A stretch of DNA of 13,761 nt from a bacterium. Lineage in GTDB: Bacteria > Zhuqueibacterota > Zhuqueibacteria > Oceanimicrobiales > Oceanimicrobiaceae. A model generated the notes under the pieces. It had not been told where the DNA came from, made no database searches, and worked only from the letters and a program-made list of their open reading frames with translations. The position numbers and the translations under genes are program-made. The stretch is from the NCBI GenBank assembly GCA_046757165.1, contig JBHHXT010000119.1, forward strand, positions 1 to 13,761, written 5' to 3'. Positions 1 through 8,500 of this stretch are shown in pieces. Every line of letters begins with the position of its first letter. The stretch's first letter is position 1.

Positions 1-166
1 TGACGCTCCGCGTCAAGTAAGGACGCAGAGCGTCAAACCCCCGGCGGGTTCCAACGCAGAGAGCATTGGAACCCGAACGGAACTCGCCTCGCGGCTCCGG
101 TTCCCAGGCTTCGCGTCCTGGTTCCCGGCAGAAATTCTCGTAACGGACGCAAAGCGTTGGAACCAG
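1..166. repeat. Cluster of REP-like short palindromes (ACGC-nnn-GCGT and GGTTCC/GGAACC motifs), possibly truncated by the window edge
   Basis: TGACGC-tcc-GCGTCA (1-15); GACGC-aga-GCGTC (22-34); perfect 10-bp stem CGGGTTCCAA (45-54)/TTGGAACCCG (66-75); ACGC-aaa-GCGT (147-157); CTGGTTCC (118-125) complementary to GGAACCAG (159-166). Confidence 0.7.
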
Positions 167-191
167 ACAATTTATTGCACTGCGAATCATT

Positions 192-359
192 GGAACGCGG
201 ATTTAGCGGATAGAACGGATTGACACGGATCTGATTTTGGATGAAAACCGAAAAAGTGATGAGCCAAACGACTCCCATTCCACTGACTTCGACACACTAC
301 GTGAATTATGATTAAGTCCAATCCGTTCCGATCCGTTAAATCCGTCTTATCCGTGTTCC
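192..359. repeat. Periodic inverted-repeat element (4x CGGAT / 4x ATCCG arms around a 90-nt spacer), MITE-like or structured RNA
   Basis: CGGAT starts at 198, 207, 216, 226 (spacing 9, 9, 10). ATCCG starts at 321, 331, 340, 349 (spacing 10, 9, 9). Arms 192-230 and 321-359 are complementary at 29/39 positions, ungapped. Confidence 0.8.
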
Positions 360-377
360 CTTTTTTGTAACGAAGTC

Positions 378-2189
378 CTAGCGAATCAACGTCATTTGTT
401 TCGACTTCGAAAAATTGCCGAACACCAGTCTGTAAAAATAGACCCCGCTGGCCACAGGACCGCCGCTGTTGTCGGTGGCATCCCATTGCACGGTGTGGCT
501 GCCGGCAGTCAGCGCCTGGTGGTCGACCAGCGTGCTCACTTCCTGCCCGAGCGAATTGTAGACCTTCAAGCTGATGGTCTTGTCGATCGGCAGCGCAAAG
601 GTGATCGTGGTCGCCGGATTGAACGGGTTCGGGTAATTCTGTTGCAGTTGGAAATCCTCCGGCGTGATGATGGTGAGGCCGTGCGGCCGTGGCACCGAAG
701 TGACCAGATCCTTAGAAGCCGTCGAATCGCCCCATTCGAACAGGAAAATGTTGAAGGTGTTTTCAATAAAGAGTTCACCGCCAAGGGAATCGCTGGGACT
801 GCCTTTATAGCTGACGACAAAGTCTCGATTGCCGTCGCCGTCCAGATCTAAACCCGGTCTGGCATAGACGTCGTCCCAGAGTCCATCGATGAAATCATAC
901 TGAGAAAGCATGTCGAAGACCTCGGTGGTCGTATAGTTGTTCGGGTCTGTGACTGAACCCGAGCCGTTGTACTCAATGTCTATCAACCGGCTGCCACTGG
1001 CGGCCATATAAAGGTCCAAACCGTCCCCCGCACTGGCAGTGGGATGGTCTTGATCTCCCATGTCCCAAATGCCAAAAATGCCCACGCCTTCAAACAATTC
1101 TGTGAAATTGACGTCACTCACAAAGGCGTCAGAAACGATCCCTTCCACGACCCATATTTTTCGGACATCCCCGGCGACCTGCCCGGCGAGATAAAGCACA
1201 GGAGAGTCGTTGACGGTGGTAAAGATCGGCTTTGCTTTGACATTGTTATTGGCGCTCAGCCCGGCGGAGCCCGGGATAGAGAGCACACTGCCCGGTGTAT
1301 AAGCGTCCGGCCCGTCGATCTGGATAAAGCCCAGGCCTCCACCGGTTCCAATGGTTGTCCAGGCATAGACGATGATCTCGTCGAAGCCGTCGCTGTCCAC
1401 ATCCCCGATTTCAGTGCCGACCGGCAAAAAACCATCTCCTCCCAGAAACGGGGGCTTGACCATGTCCTCGTAGGTAAATTCGTTCACGACGACGGCATCC
1501 CCGCCTGCGAACGTGCCGGACGCCACCTCGAGAATGTACAACTTGGTCACCGCGAAATTGCCCGAGCGCGGCGGAAACAGCAGCTCGCTTTTTCCATCGC
1601 CATCGATGTCCTGAATGGTCAGGCCATTTTCAGTTTTGCCAACGGAAACGCTGTTAAAGCCAGGGTCGATGGACTCGAATGTCAGTTTATGGATGGCTTC
1701 GGTGCCGTAATCGTTGTCCTGTCCCGTCCATTCGTAGAAATAGAACCCCCGGTTGGCCACGTCCACAGAGTCCTTGGAGCTAAACCCCACCTGGAATACG
1801 ATTTCCTGCCGGCCGTTGTTGTCAAAATCCCCTGCGGTGATGGAGCGTGGGGTTGAGCCGCCACCGGCACTTCCATCCTCAAGTTTTGGTGAACTCCAAA
1901 CGTGCTCCAGGACGTCGTTGCCAACCACCTCAAAAACAAATACTCTTCCGCCATCCGAGTACTCGGTTACCAGAATTTCCGGCAACCCATCATTGTCCAG
2001 GTCCGGGTCGTGAACCACCCAGACGCCTCTGCCGGCGTCTTCGTCGATCGTATCTGGAGCGGCTAAGAATCGTGGATTCACCGCTGCCAACCTGTACTCA
2101 TTCTCCCCATCGGCTGGCTGGGCGTGCAATCCACATGTCGAAAGCAGCAGGACCAGAAGTCCGAGAGTGATCGTGTACCGTTTACCCAT
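378..2189 (-). CDS. Secreted FG-GAP/VCBS-like repeat (probable Ca-binding beta-propeller) protein with C-terminal T9SS type-A sorting / FlgD-Ig-like domain, 603 aa
   Basis: Signal peptide (MGKR...GLHA|Q). Repeated DxDxDG-x-x-E/D motifs: DLDNDGLPE, DFDNNGRQE, DIDGDGKSE, DVDSDGFDE, DLDGDGNRD. C-terminal QNYPNPFNP...KVYNSLGQEV...WDA...ASGVYFYRL...KQMTLIR. SD AAGGAGG 6 nt upstream. Confidence 0.9.
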   Translation of the reverse strand: MGKRYTITLGLLVLLLSTCGLHAQPADGENEYRLAAVNPRFLAAPDTIDEDAGRGVWVVHDPDLDNDGLPEILVTEYSDGGRVFVFEVVGNDVLEHVWSSPKLEDGSAGGGSTPRSITAGDFDNNGRQEIVFQVGFSSKDSVDVANRGFYFYEWTGQDNDYGTEAIHKLTFESIDPGFNSVSVGKTENGLTIQDIDGDGKSELLFPPRSGNFAVTKLYILEVASGTFAGGDAVVVNEFTYEDMVKPPFLGGDGFLPVGTEIGDVDSDGFDEIIVYAWTTIGTGGGLGFIQIDGPDAYTPGSVLSIPGSAGLSANNNVKAKPIFTTVNDSPVLYLAGQVAGDVRKIWVVEGIVSDAFVSDVNFTELFEGVGIFGIWDMGDQDHPTASAGDGLDLYMAASGSRLIDIEYNGSGSVTDPNNYTTTEVFDMLSQYDFIDGLWDDVYARPGLDLDGDGNRDFVVSYKGSPSDSLGGELFIENTFNIFLFEWGDSTASKDLVTSVPRPHGLTIITPEDFQLQQNYPNPFNPATTITFALPIDKTISLKVYNSLGQEVSTLVDHQALTAGSHTVQWDATDNSGGPVASGVYFYRLVFGNFSKSKQMTLIR

Positions 2190-2195
2190 GTGAGC

Positions 2196-2202
2196 CCTCC
2201 TT
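2196..2202 (-). promoter_or_regulatory. Shine-Dalgarno site of the 603-aa gene
   Basis: AAGGAGG on the minus strand, 6 nt before the ATG at 2189. Confidence 0.8.
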
Positions 2203-2315
2203 CAATAAATAGTTGATATGTTTTGGTAGAGTAGCTATTATTCTTGCCTCTGGAGCCTATCGGATAAAAGACCGGTAAATAGAGATTGGTCTATATTTGA
2301 GGATTTATGCAAGTC

Positions 2316-2346
2316 TATTTATGAAATTGCTGACATAATGTCAACA
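2316..2346 (-). promoter_or_regulatory. Possible sigma70 promoter for the leftward gene, overlapped by a palindrome
   Basis: Minus-strand TTGACA at 2344-2339, a 17-nt spacer, then an imperfect -10 TAAATA (2321-2316). Palindrome TGACAT-A-ATGTCA (2331-2343) overlaps the -35. Confidence 0.4.
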
Positions 2347-2417
2347 TTTTTTTGCAGATCTTAAGTCGGAACCCAAAAAGGTTTTTTCCTAAATTTAGCG
2401 GTTCCTGACCGGAGGGC

Positions 2418-2473
2418 GGTGTACAAGCTTCAGCTTGCCTGGTGAGGGGAAAACACGCTAAAGCGTGAACACC
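2418..2473. repeat. Inverted REP doublet (REPIN-like)
   Basis: GGTGTACAAGCTTCAGCTTG (2418-2437, plus) versus GGTGTTCACGCTTTAGCGTG (2473-2454, minus): 16/20 identical. Each copy has an internal 6-bp palindrome with a 2-nt loop; the spacer is 16 nt. Confidence 0.7.
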
Positions 2474-2547
2474 CTAATTCTGAACACGTGAACCCGTTGG
2501 CGTGAGAGGGGTGTCATTCGATGGCCGTATCATTTGAGATAAATGTC

Positions 2548-2576
2548 TTGACAAGAATGTAATAAACTTTTATATT
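2548..2576 (+). promoter_or_regulatory. Sigma70-type promoter of the TonB-dependent receptor operon
   Basis: Perfect TTGACA (2548-2553), 17-nt spacer, TATATT (2571-2576); 61 nt before the ATG at 2638. Confidence 0.8.
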
Positions 2577-2637
2577 TGTTTCCAACGAATCCGTTCTAAA
2601 ACCCCCTTTCTTTTTTTTCACAGGTGAGGAAGCCAAC

Positions 2638-5508
2638 ATGATAAGAAATCTCTTGCGAGTTATTGCTGTACCCCTATTCGCCAGCGCTCTGTTTGGTGGC
2701 ACGACCGGCAAGATCGCAGGACGCATCCTAGACGCTGAGACCGGAGAGGGGCTTCCGGGGGCCAATGTTGTCATCGAGGGCACGACCCTGGGCGCGGCGA
2801 CAGATGTCGACGGCGACTACACCATTTTGAACGTCCCGCCAGGTCTCTACACGCTGAGAATCGCCTATATCGGTTATCGAGCTATGACAGTGCGCGACGT
2901 CAGAGTAAACGTAGATTTTACCACTCGAATCGATCAAAAGGTGAGCCCGAGCACCATCGAGATGGCTGCGGTCGAGGTGTCTGCCGAACGCAACCCTCTT
3001 GTGCGGCAAGATCTCACCAACACCCTTGTGGCGGTCACGTCCGAAAAAATCGCGGCTCTGCCCATCGACCAGCTCCGGGATGTCATTTCGCTCCAAGCGG
3101 GCATCGTTCAGGACAACGATGGTGCGTTGCACATTCGAGGCGGCCGGGCCAATGAGATCGCTTATCAGGTCAATGGGATTTCTATCAACAATCCGTTCTC
3201 CAGCGGGCAAGGCGTTGGCCTGGCGACCAACGCAGTCGAGGAGGTTTCTGTTTCTGCCGGCACCTTCAGCGCCGAGTACGGCAACGCGCTCAGCGGCGTC
3301 ATCAACTTTGTCACCAAGGACGGCGGCCAGAAATACCACGGCAGCTTCAAGTTCTGGACCGGCGACCACTTCAGCTCCCGAGACGATATCTTCTTCAACA
3401 TCGGCGACATCGATCTTTTCAACAACTCGCGGGCGGAGTGGACCCTGGGCGGGCCGGTGCCGGTGTTCGGCAGCAACTTGACCTTTTTCACTTCCGGTGT
3501 GCGCCAGGAAGACAAAGGGCACCTTTACGGCATTCGGGTATACAATCCCGAGGATCTGCTCTTGTTCGATGGCCAGAATATCTTCATCGATCCTTTCGGC
3601 TTTTCGTTCGAACCCGGGCCAGACGGCACCCTGCTGAGGACGTTCAACGGCCAACCCGGCGCGGATGGCGACAGAAAAATTGTGCCGATGGTCACCAGCG
3701 AGACGCTGAACATGACCGGAAAACTCACCTACAAACCCAGTCCCAAGCTAAAGCTGACCTATGATTTCATTGTGGAGGATGGTGAGAGATTCAAGCGCAT
3801 TGTTCGGCAAGGCAGCTCTTTCCTGAACATGTATCGCCGCTATCGGTTTACGCCAGACGGGCGCCCCAAGACCTTTGATAACAACATCAGCCACGTATTG
3901 GGCATCACACACACGCTGGGGAGCAAGACATTTTACAGCTTGAAATTCGGTCTCAATCTCACGAAATCCCGCACCGCCGTCTTTGATGATCCGTTCGACC
4001 CGCGCTACGTGCCGGCGCCGGGGAATGAGACCAGCAATCTCATCGTGCCTCCGACCGGAACCGCCGGTGGCGCCTATCTGGCAGGCGGGACCGATTTGAC
4101 AAGATCGACTGAAAAGTCGCGCTCGATCCTGGCCAAGCTGGATGTCGTGAGCCAGATTCTGCCCCACCATGAGCTCAGGTTTGGCGCCGAGTTTGTTCAC
4201 CACCGGCTCGAATTAGATGAATTCACACTTCTGTTTGATTTTGATAAAAGCCGGTTTATCATTCCCAGCGACGAGGTCAATCCAAACCTGACCGAGTTTC
4301 AGTTCTACACCAGAAAACCGCTTCAAACCGCTTTCTACGTTCTCGACAAGATAGAGCTTGCCAAGAGATTTATTCTGAATGTCGGGCTGCGGTACGAGTA
4401 CCTGGATACGCGTGCGTTCTTCAATCCTGACCTGGCTGGAAGCGTCGACGATTCGACCGGCCTCAGCAATCCGATCTTTTTCAGAGAGTCGGCGCCTAAA
4501 CATCGCTTCAGCCCGCGCATCAGTTTGAGCTTCCCGATCAGTGATCGAGGCATCATTCGCTTTTCTTACGGTTGGTTTCACCAGAATCCGACATTTCGTG
4601 ATATCTACCGCAATCCACGCTTTGAAGATTTCGACAATTTCGCCCGCGATGACCGAATTCCGACTTTCGGAAATGCCAATCTGCAACCAGAGCGGAGCAT
4701 TCAGTATGAAATGGGCTTACAGCAGCAGTTCACCGATGATTTGAAGATCGATTTGACCGTCTTCTATAAAGACGTCAACAACCTGATCGAAGACCGGCGG
4801 GTCTTTGCAGGGGAAGAGACGGCCGCAAAAAAATTCAACGTGTTTACAAACATCAGCTACGCTACGGTCAAGGGCTTCACCTTCGCCCTGATCCGACGAC
4901 CTACGGCACGCGGCATCTTTTCTGCCACATTGGACTATACCTTCCAGCAGGCAGAAGGCGCTTTCACCGATCCACTCGATCTTCTCATCGACACTCGAAC
5001 CGGCAGAAACACAGAACAAGAACTGGTGCCGCTGAGTTTCGATCGCACCCACACCCTGAATGGGACGCTGACGTTGAGCAAGCACAACAACTGGGGGTTC
5101 AGCGCCATCGCCTCCTTACAATCTGGGACACCCTACACGCCCGGCGTGCCATCTTCTGTGCAAGCAGTGCAGTTCGAGGTCAACAGCGACCGCCGGCCGT
5201 TGCTGACCAATCTGGACCTGAAATTCGAGAAATTTCTGACGGTGCAGGGGTTGAGGTTTTCCGTTTTCATGCAAGTCGAGAACGCCCTGGACGCCAAGAA
5301 CGAAAGACGGGTTCATCTGAACACGGGGCGCTCTTTGACCAACTTGAATGAAACCACTCGCCCGACTCTTTTCAACAATCTGCGCGAAACGATTGCGACC
5401 GATCCGGACAACTTTTTCCCCATGCAATTCCTCGACGACTTTTATCAGCGCGAGGACTTTTTGGGAGAGCCAAGGGAAATCCGGTGGGGCATGGCCTTTG
5501 AGTTCTAA
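2638..5508 (+). CDS. TonB-dependent receptor with N-terminal carboxypeptidase-regulatory-like domain, 956 aa
   Basis: Signal peptide; N-terminal domain GKIAGRILDAETGEGLPGANVVIEGT; TonB-box-like AAVEVSAER; plug motifs LHIRGG and FSAEYGNALSGVINFVTKDG; barrel motifs GLRYEY, FSPRISLSF, GNANLQPERS; terminal Phe (GMAFEF). SD-like GAGGA at 2626-2630. Confidence 0.95.
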   Translation: MIRNLLRVIAVPLFASALFGGTTGKIAGRILDAETGEGLPGANVVIEGTTLGAATDVDGDYTILNVPPGLYTLRIAYIGYRAMTVRDVRVNVDFTTRIDQKVSPSTIEMAAVEVSAERNPLVRQDLTNTLVAVTSEKIAALPIDQLRDVISLQAGIVQDNDGALHIRGGRANEIAYQVNGISINNPFSSGQGVGLATNAVEEVSVSAGTFSAEYGNALSGVINFVTKDGGQKYHGSFKFWTGDHFSSRDDIFFNIGDIDLFNNSRAEWTLGGPVPVFGSNLTFFTSGVRQEDKGHLYGIRVYNPEDLLLFDGQNIFIDPFGFSFEPGPDGTLLRTFNGQPGADGDRKIVPMVTSETLNMTGKLTYKPSPKLKLTYDFIVEDGERFKRIVRQGSSFLNMYRRYRFTPDGRPKTFDNNISHVLGITHTLGSKTFYSLKFGLNLTKSRTAVFDDPFDPRYVPAPGNETSNLIVPPTGTAGGAYLAGGTDLTRSTEKSRSILAKLDVVSQILPHHELRFGAEFVHHRLELDEFTLLFDFDKSRFIIPSDEVNPNLTEFQFYTRKPLQTAFYVLDKIELAKRFILNVGLRYEYLDTRAFFNPDLAGSVDDSTGLSNPIFFRESAPKHRFSPRISLSFPISDRGIIRFSYGWFHQNPTFRDIYRNPRFEDFDNFARDDRIPTFGNANLQPERSIQYEMGLQQQFTDDLKIDLTVFYKDVNNLIEDRRVFAGEETAAKKFNVFTNISYATVKGFTFALIRRPTARGIFSATLDYTFQQAEGAFTDPLDLLIDTRTGRNTEQELVPLSFDRTHTLNGTLTLSKHNNWGFSAIASLQSGTPYTPGVPSSVQAVQFEVNSDRRPLLTNLDLKFEKFLTVQGLRFSVFMQVENALDAKNERRVHLNTGRSLTNLNETTRPTLFNNLRETIATDPDNFFPMQFLDDFYQREDFLGEPREIRWGMAFEF

Positions 5509-5554
5509 CCTGCATGATTCACCAATCACGAAGAGTAACTGACCCTAAAAAGAA

Positions 5555-8500
5555 ATGAACAAAATTATGAAAAACCTGATCGTCGGCTGTTCAGTCGGAC
5601 TCTTTTTTGGTTTTTTCGTCGCGGCTTCTGCTTTCGCGACCGGGGGCAAGGACGTCAAAAAGGTCAACATCAAAAAGCTGCCCACCCGCGAGCGGTATGA
5701 GTTAGTCGCAAAACAGAGAGCGGCGTTGGCAAAAGCGCTGCTGCAAGATAAGCGCCATGACCGCCTGAAGGAAACCATTATCACGGGCAATCAAATCAGG
5801 GTGCTGGTCACCAACCTGGGCTCGATTTCGACCCCAAGTGCGGACAATGCCAACGCAGATTTGGTCTGGCCGGCAGGCCCGAGCGGATTGGGGTACGCAT
5901 TCGAGTTTGGACCGCTGCTGGCCGCCGAGGTGGTTGGCGAGGAGGGCGACACGTTGCACATCGTCAACGATGGCTTTTTTGCCGGCTCGGGAGGCGAATT
6001 CGAACCCGGTACCGCCAACCGGTGGGGGTGGGAGCCCAGAATCGGGTTTTCCGATCCCAGCTCGAATCGGGTGGCGACCTTTTCAGATCTCGACCGGGAC
6101 CTCGACGGCAAGCCGGACAGTTGGCCGGAGGCCTGGTTCAACGAGACCCTGGGTCGCTATGTCTGGCCGGCCTTCCTGGGGGATGATGCGACCACGCCCG
6201 ATGAAGAGGTGTTTTATGTCATGGATGATTTTGACAACGCCGAGTTCAATTACCTGCCGTTCCCGGACGACCCGACGACTCGCGGACTGGGCCTGGAGCT
6301 GCAAGTTCGCATTTTCCAGTTTAACAACCCCCTGGCTGAAGACCTCATCTTCCTGGTCTATACCGTGGTCAACATCAGTCCCAGGACGCTGACCAAGGTC
6401 TATCTCGGCATGTTTGGCGACCCCCATGTCGGGGGACCCAATGATTTTGCAGATGATTTTGCCGGCTTCATCTCCGCGTTCAACGAGGCCTTTCCCTTTG
6501 ATACGCGAAATATGCTGTTCGCTTTTGACGAGGATGGTGTCGGCGACCAGGGCAAAACGCCGGGGTATTTTGGCTACCGCTTCCTGGAGAGCCCCGGAAT
6601 TGATGATGATGGTCAGGACAATGATAATGATGGTTTAACGGACGAGAGCCAGTTTAATGATGCGGGCGAGCTGATTTTCGGCCCGGTGGGCATTTTCGGG
6701 GAAGACAAGCTCCATTGGTCGGGGGATGAAGATGGCGATTGGAACCCTGACTTCGATGATGTCGGGGTCGATGGCATTCCGGGAACGAGTGATTTCGGCG
6801 AGGCAGACGGCCGACCCAATCAACGGTTTTTCCTTGACCTGAACAACAATTCCATGCGCGAGGCGGGCGAACCGGTTTCTGAGCGCCGGGAACCCGGCAT
6901 GCGCTTCCTTAGTGGTGAGCCAAACTTTGGCTTCCTGGATATCGCCGAGTCTGACCAGCTCGGCCTGACCAGCTTCAACGCCATTCTGTTTGGCGGCAAC
7001 AACGAGCCAAAGAATGACGAATTGATGTGGAACTTGCTTTCAAGGCCCAATCAGCGGCCGTCGGATCCCGAGCCTGAAATCGAGCAGGAGGCAGACAACG
7101 TCTTTATCTATGGCTCCGGACCCTTTTCCCTGGAACCCGGGGAGAGCCAGCGGTTTTCAATCGCCCTGCTGCTCGGGCGCGATTTGACGGATTTGCTCTC
7201 CAATGCCCAGGTTTCCCAGCAGGTCTTTGAATCAGATTACCGGTTCGCGCAAGCGCCGCTGAAGCCAAACCTCGTGGCGGTGCCTGGTGATAAAAAAGTC
7301 ACGCTGTTCTGGGACGATGGCGCGGAAACCTCTTTCGATTCTTTTGTTGCCCGCGCCAATCCGGACGAAGCCAGCAAGGCGTTCGATTTTGAAGGGTACA
7401 AAATCTACCGCAGCCAGGACTTCAGCTTCAATGACACACAAACCATTACAGATTCAAGGGGGGTTCCTTTTCTTTCCGTGCCGTTGCGTCAGGCGAACGG
7501 CGTGCCCGCCCAGTTCGACCTCATCAATGAATTTGAAGGCTTGTCCGAAATCGAGTTTGCCGGGCGAGGCGTACGCTTCGACCTGGGCCGCAACACCGGT
7601 TTGGTTCATACCTTCGTTGATTCGAATAACGTGCAAAACGGCATCACCTATTTCTATGCTGTCACCTCCTATGATCACGGCGACGTCAAGGGAAAGCTCG
7701 CACCGACTGAAAGCCAGCGCACCATCCAACGCGATGCCGTCACGCGCAACTTCACCTTTGACGTCAACACGGCGATGATTGTTCCGGGGCCGCCGGCCGC
7801 GGGATTTGTGAGGCCACGGCTCGACAACACGGCCGGCAGCAACCTGGCCACGCGAGAAGCTGGCAACGCCACCGGAGCTGTGCGCGTGGCATTCCTCGAC
7901 GATTTTGACGTCATCGACGGCAAGAGATATGACGTGGTGTTTCAAGAGGTGCAGCTTGATTCGGTCACCACCACCCTCGGATATTCAGTCATCGATCTGC
8001 AGCCTGTCTCGGCTTCTTTTGTCGCGCGGGATACCGTTTTCATCAATCTCCGCAGGAGGAACCTGGTCAGAGGGTCGATTGCCATCACGGATCAAAGCGG
8101 CGCTCCGGTCGATTCGAGTCGCTATGTGGTCGACTACGAGCGCGGCCGAATCCGGGGCGCATTCGCCGGCGCCCTGCCGAGCGGCGATCAATTCGGTATC
8201 ACCTTCCGATTCATGCCGGTGGCGAAAAGCACCTCTATCCACGGCGAGGACGATAATCCTGTCTTCGACGGTATGAAGATTTTTGTGCAAAACGATGAAA
8301 CCGCGCTCGATGCAATCAGCTCAGATGGTGGGCGAAGCGGGTTCAAGAGCGTTGAAACCAACACCAACTTCCGCGACGAGAATACGATCATCGAGCTGGC
8401 GCGAGTCGGCAACCCGTCTCCGGTGCCGACCGATTTTGAAATTCAATTTGTCAATTATGACACGACGGCCAACGGCGATCTGATCGAGCCGGCAGACTCG

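Noticed and set aside
192..359. CRISPR array interpretation of the short repeats
   Set aside because: The units are 5-nt cores at 9-10 nt period in inverted arms. There are no 23-47 nt direct repeats with unique spacers and no cas genes.
33..486. ORFs 33..278 and 187..486 (minus)
   Set aside because: They are translations of the repeat elements or overlap the end of the real gene, with no recognisable protein features.
1044..1856. 270-aa plus-strand ORF and the other long antisense or alternate-frame ORFs (e.g. 2728..3654, 10432..11103, 12639..13676)
   Set aside because: They are shadow ORFs largely or fully overlapping well-supported genes in GC-rich coding DNA, with no motifs.
2602..2624. 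C5/T8 tracts as a phase-variation site, attenuator or splice acceptor
   Set aside because: The tracts lie in the UTR outside the promoter spacer, with no strong stem before the T-run. The context is bacterial, so the splice-like look is coincidental.
5515..5528. TGATT-CACC-AATCA hairpin between the TBDR and the next gene
   Set aside because: It is a 5-bp AT-rich stem, expected by chance.
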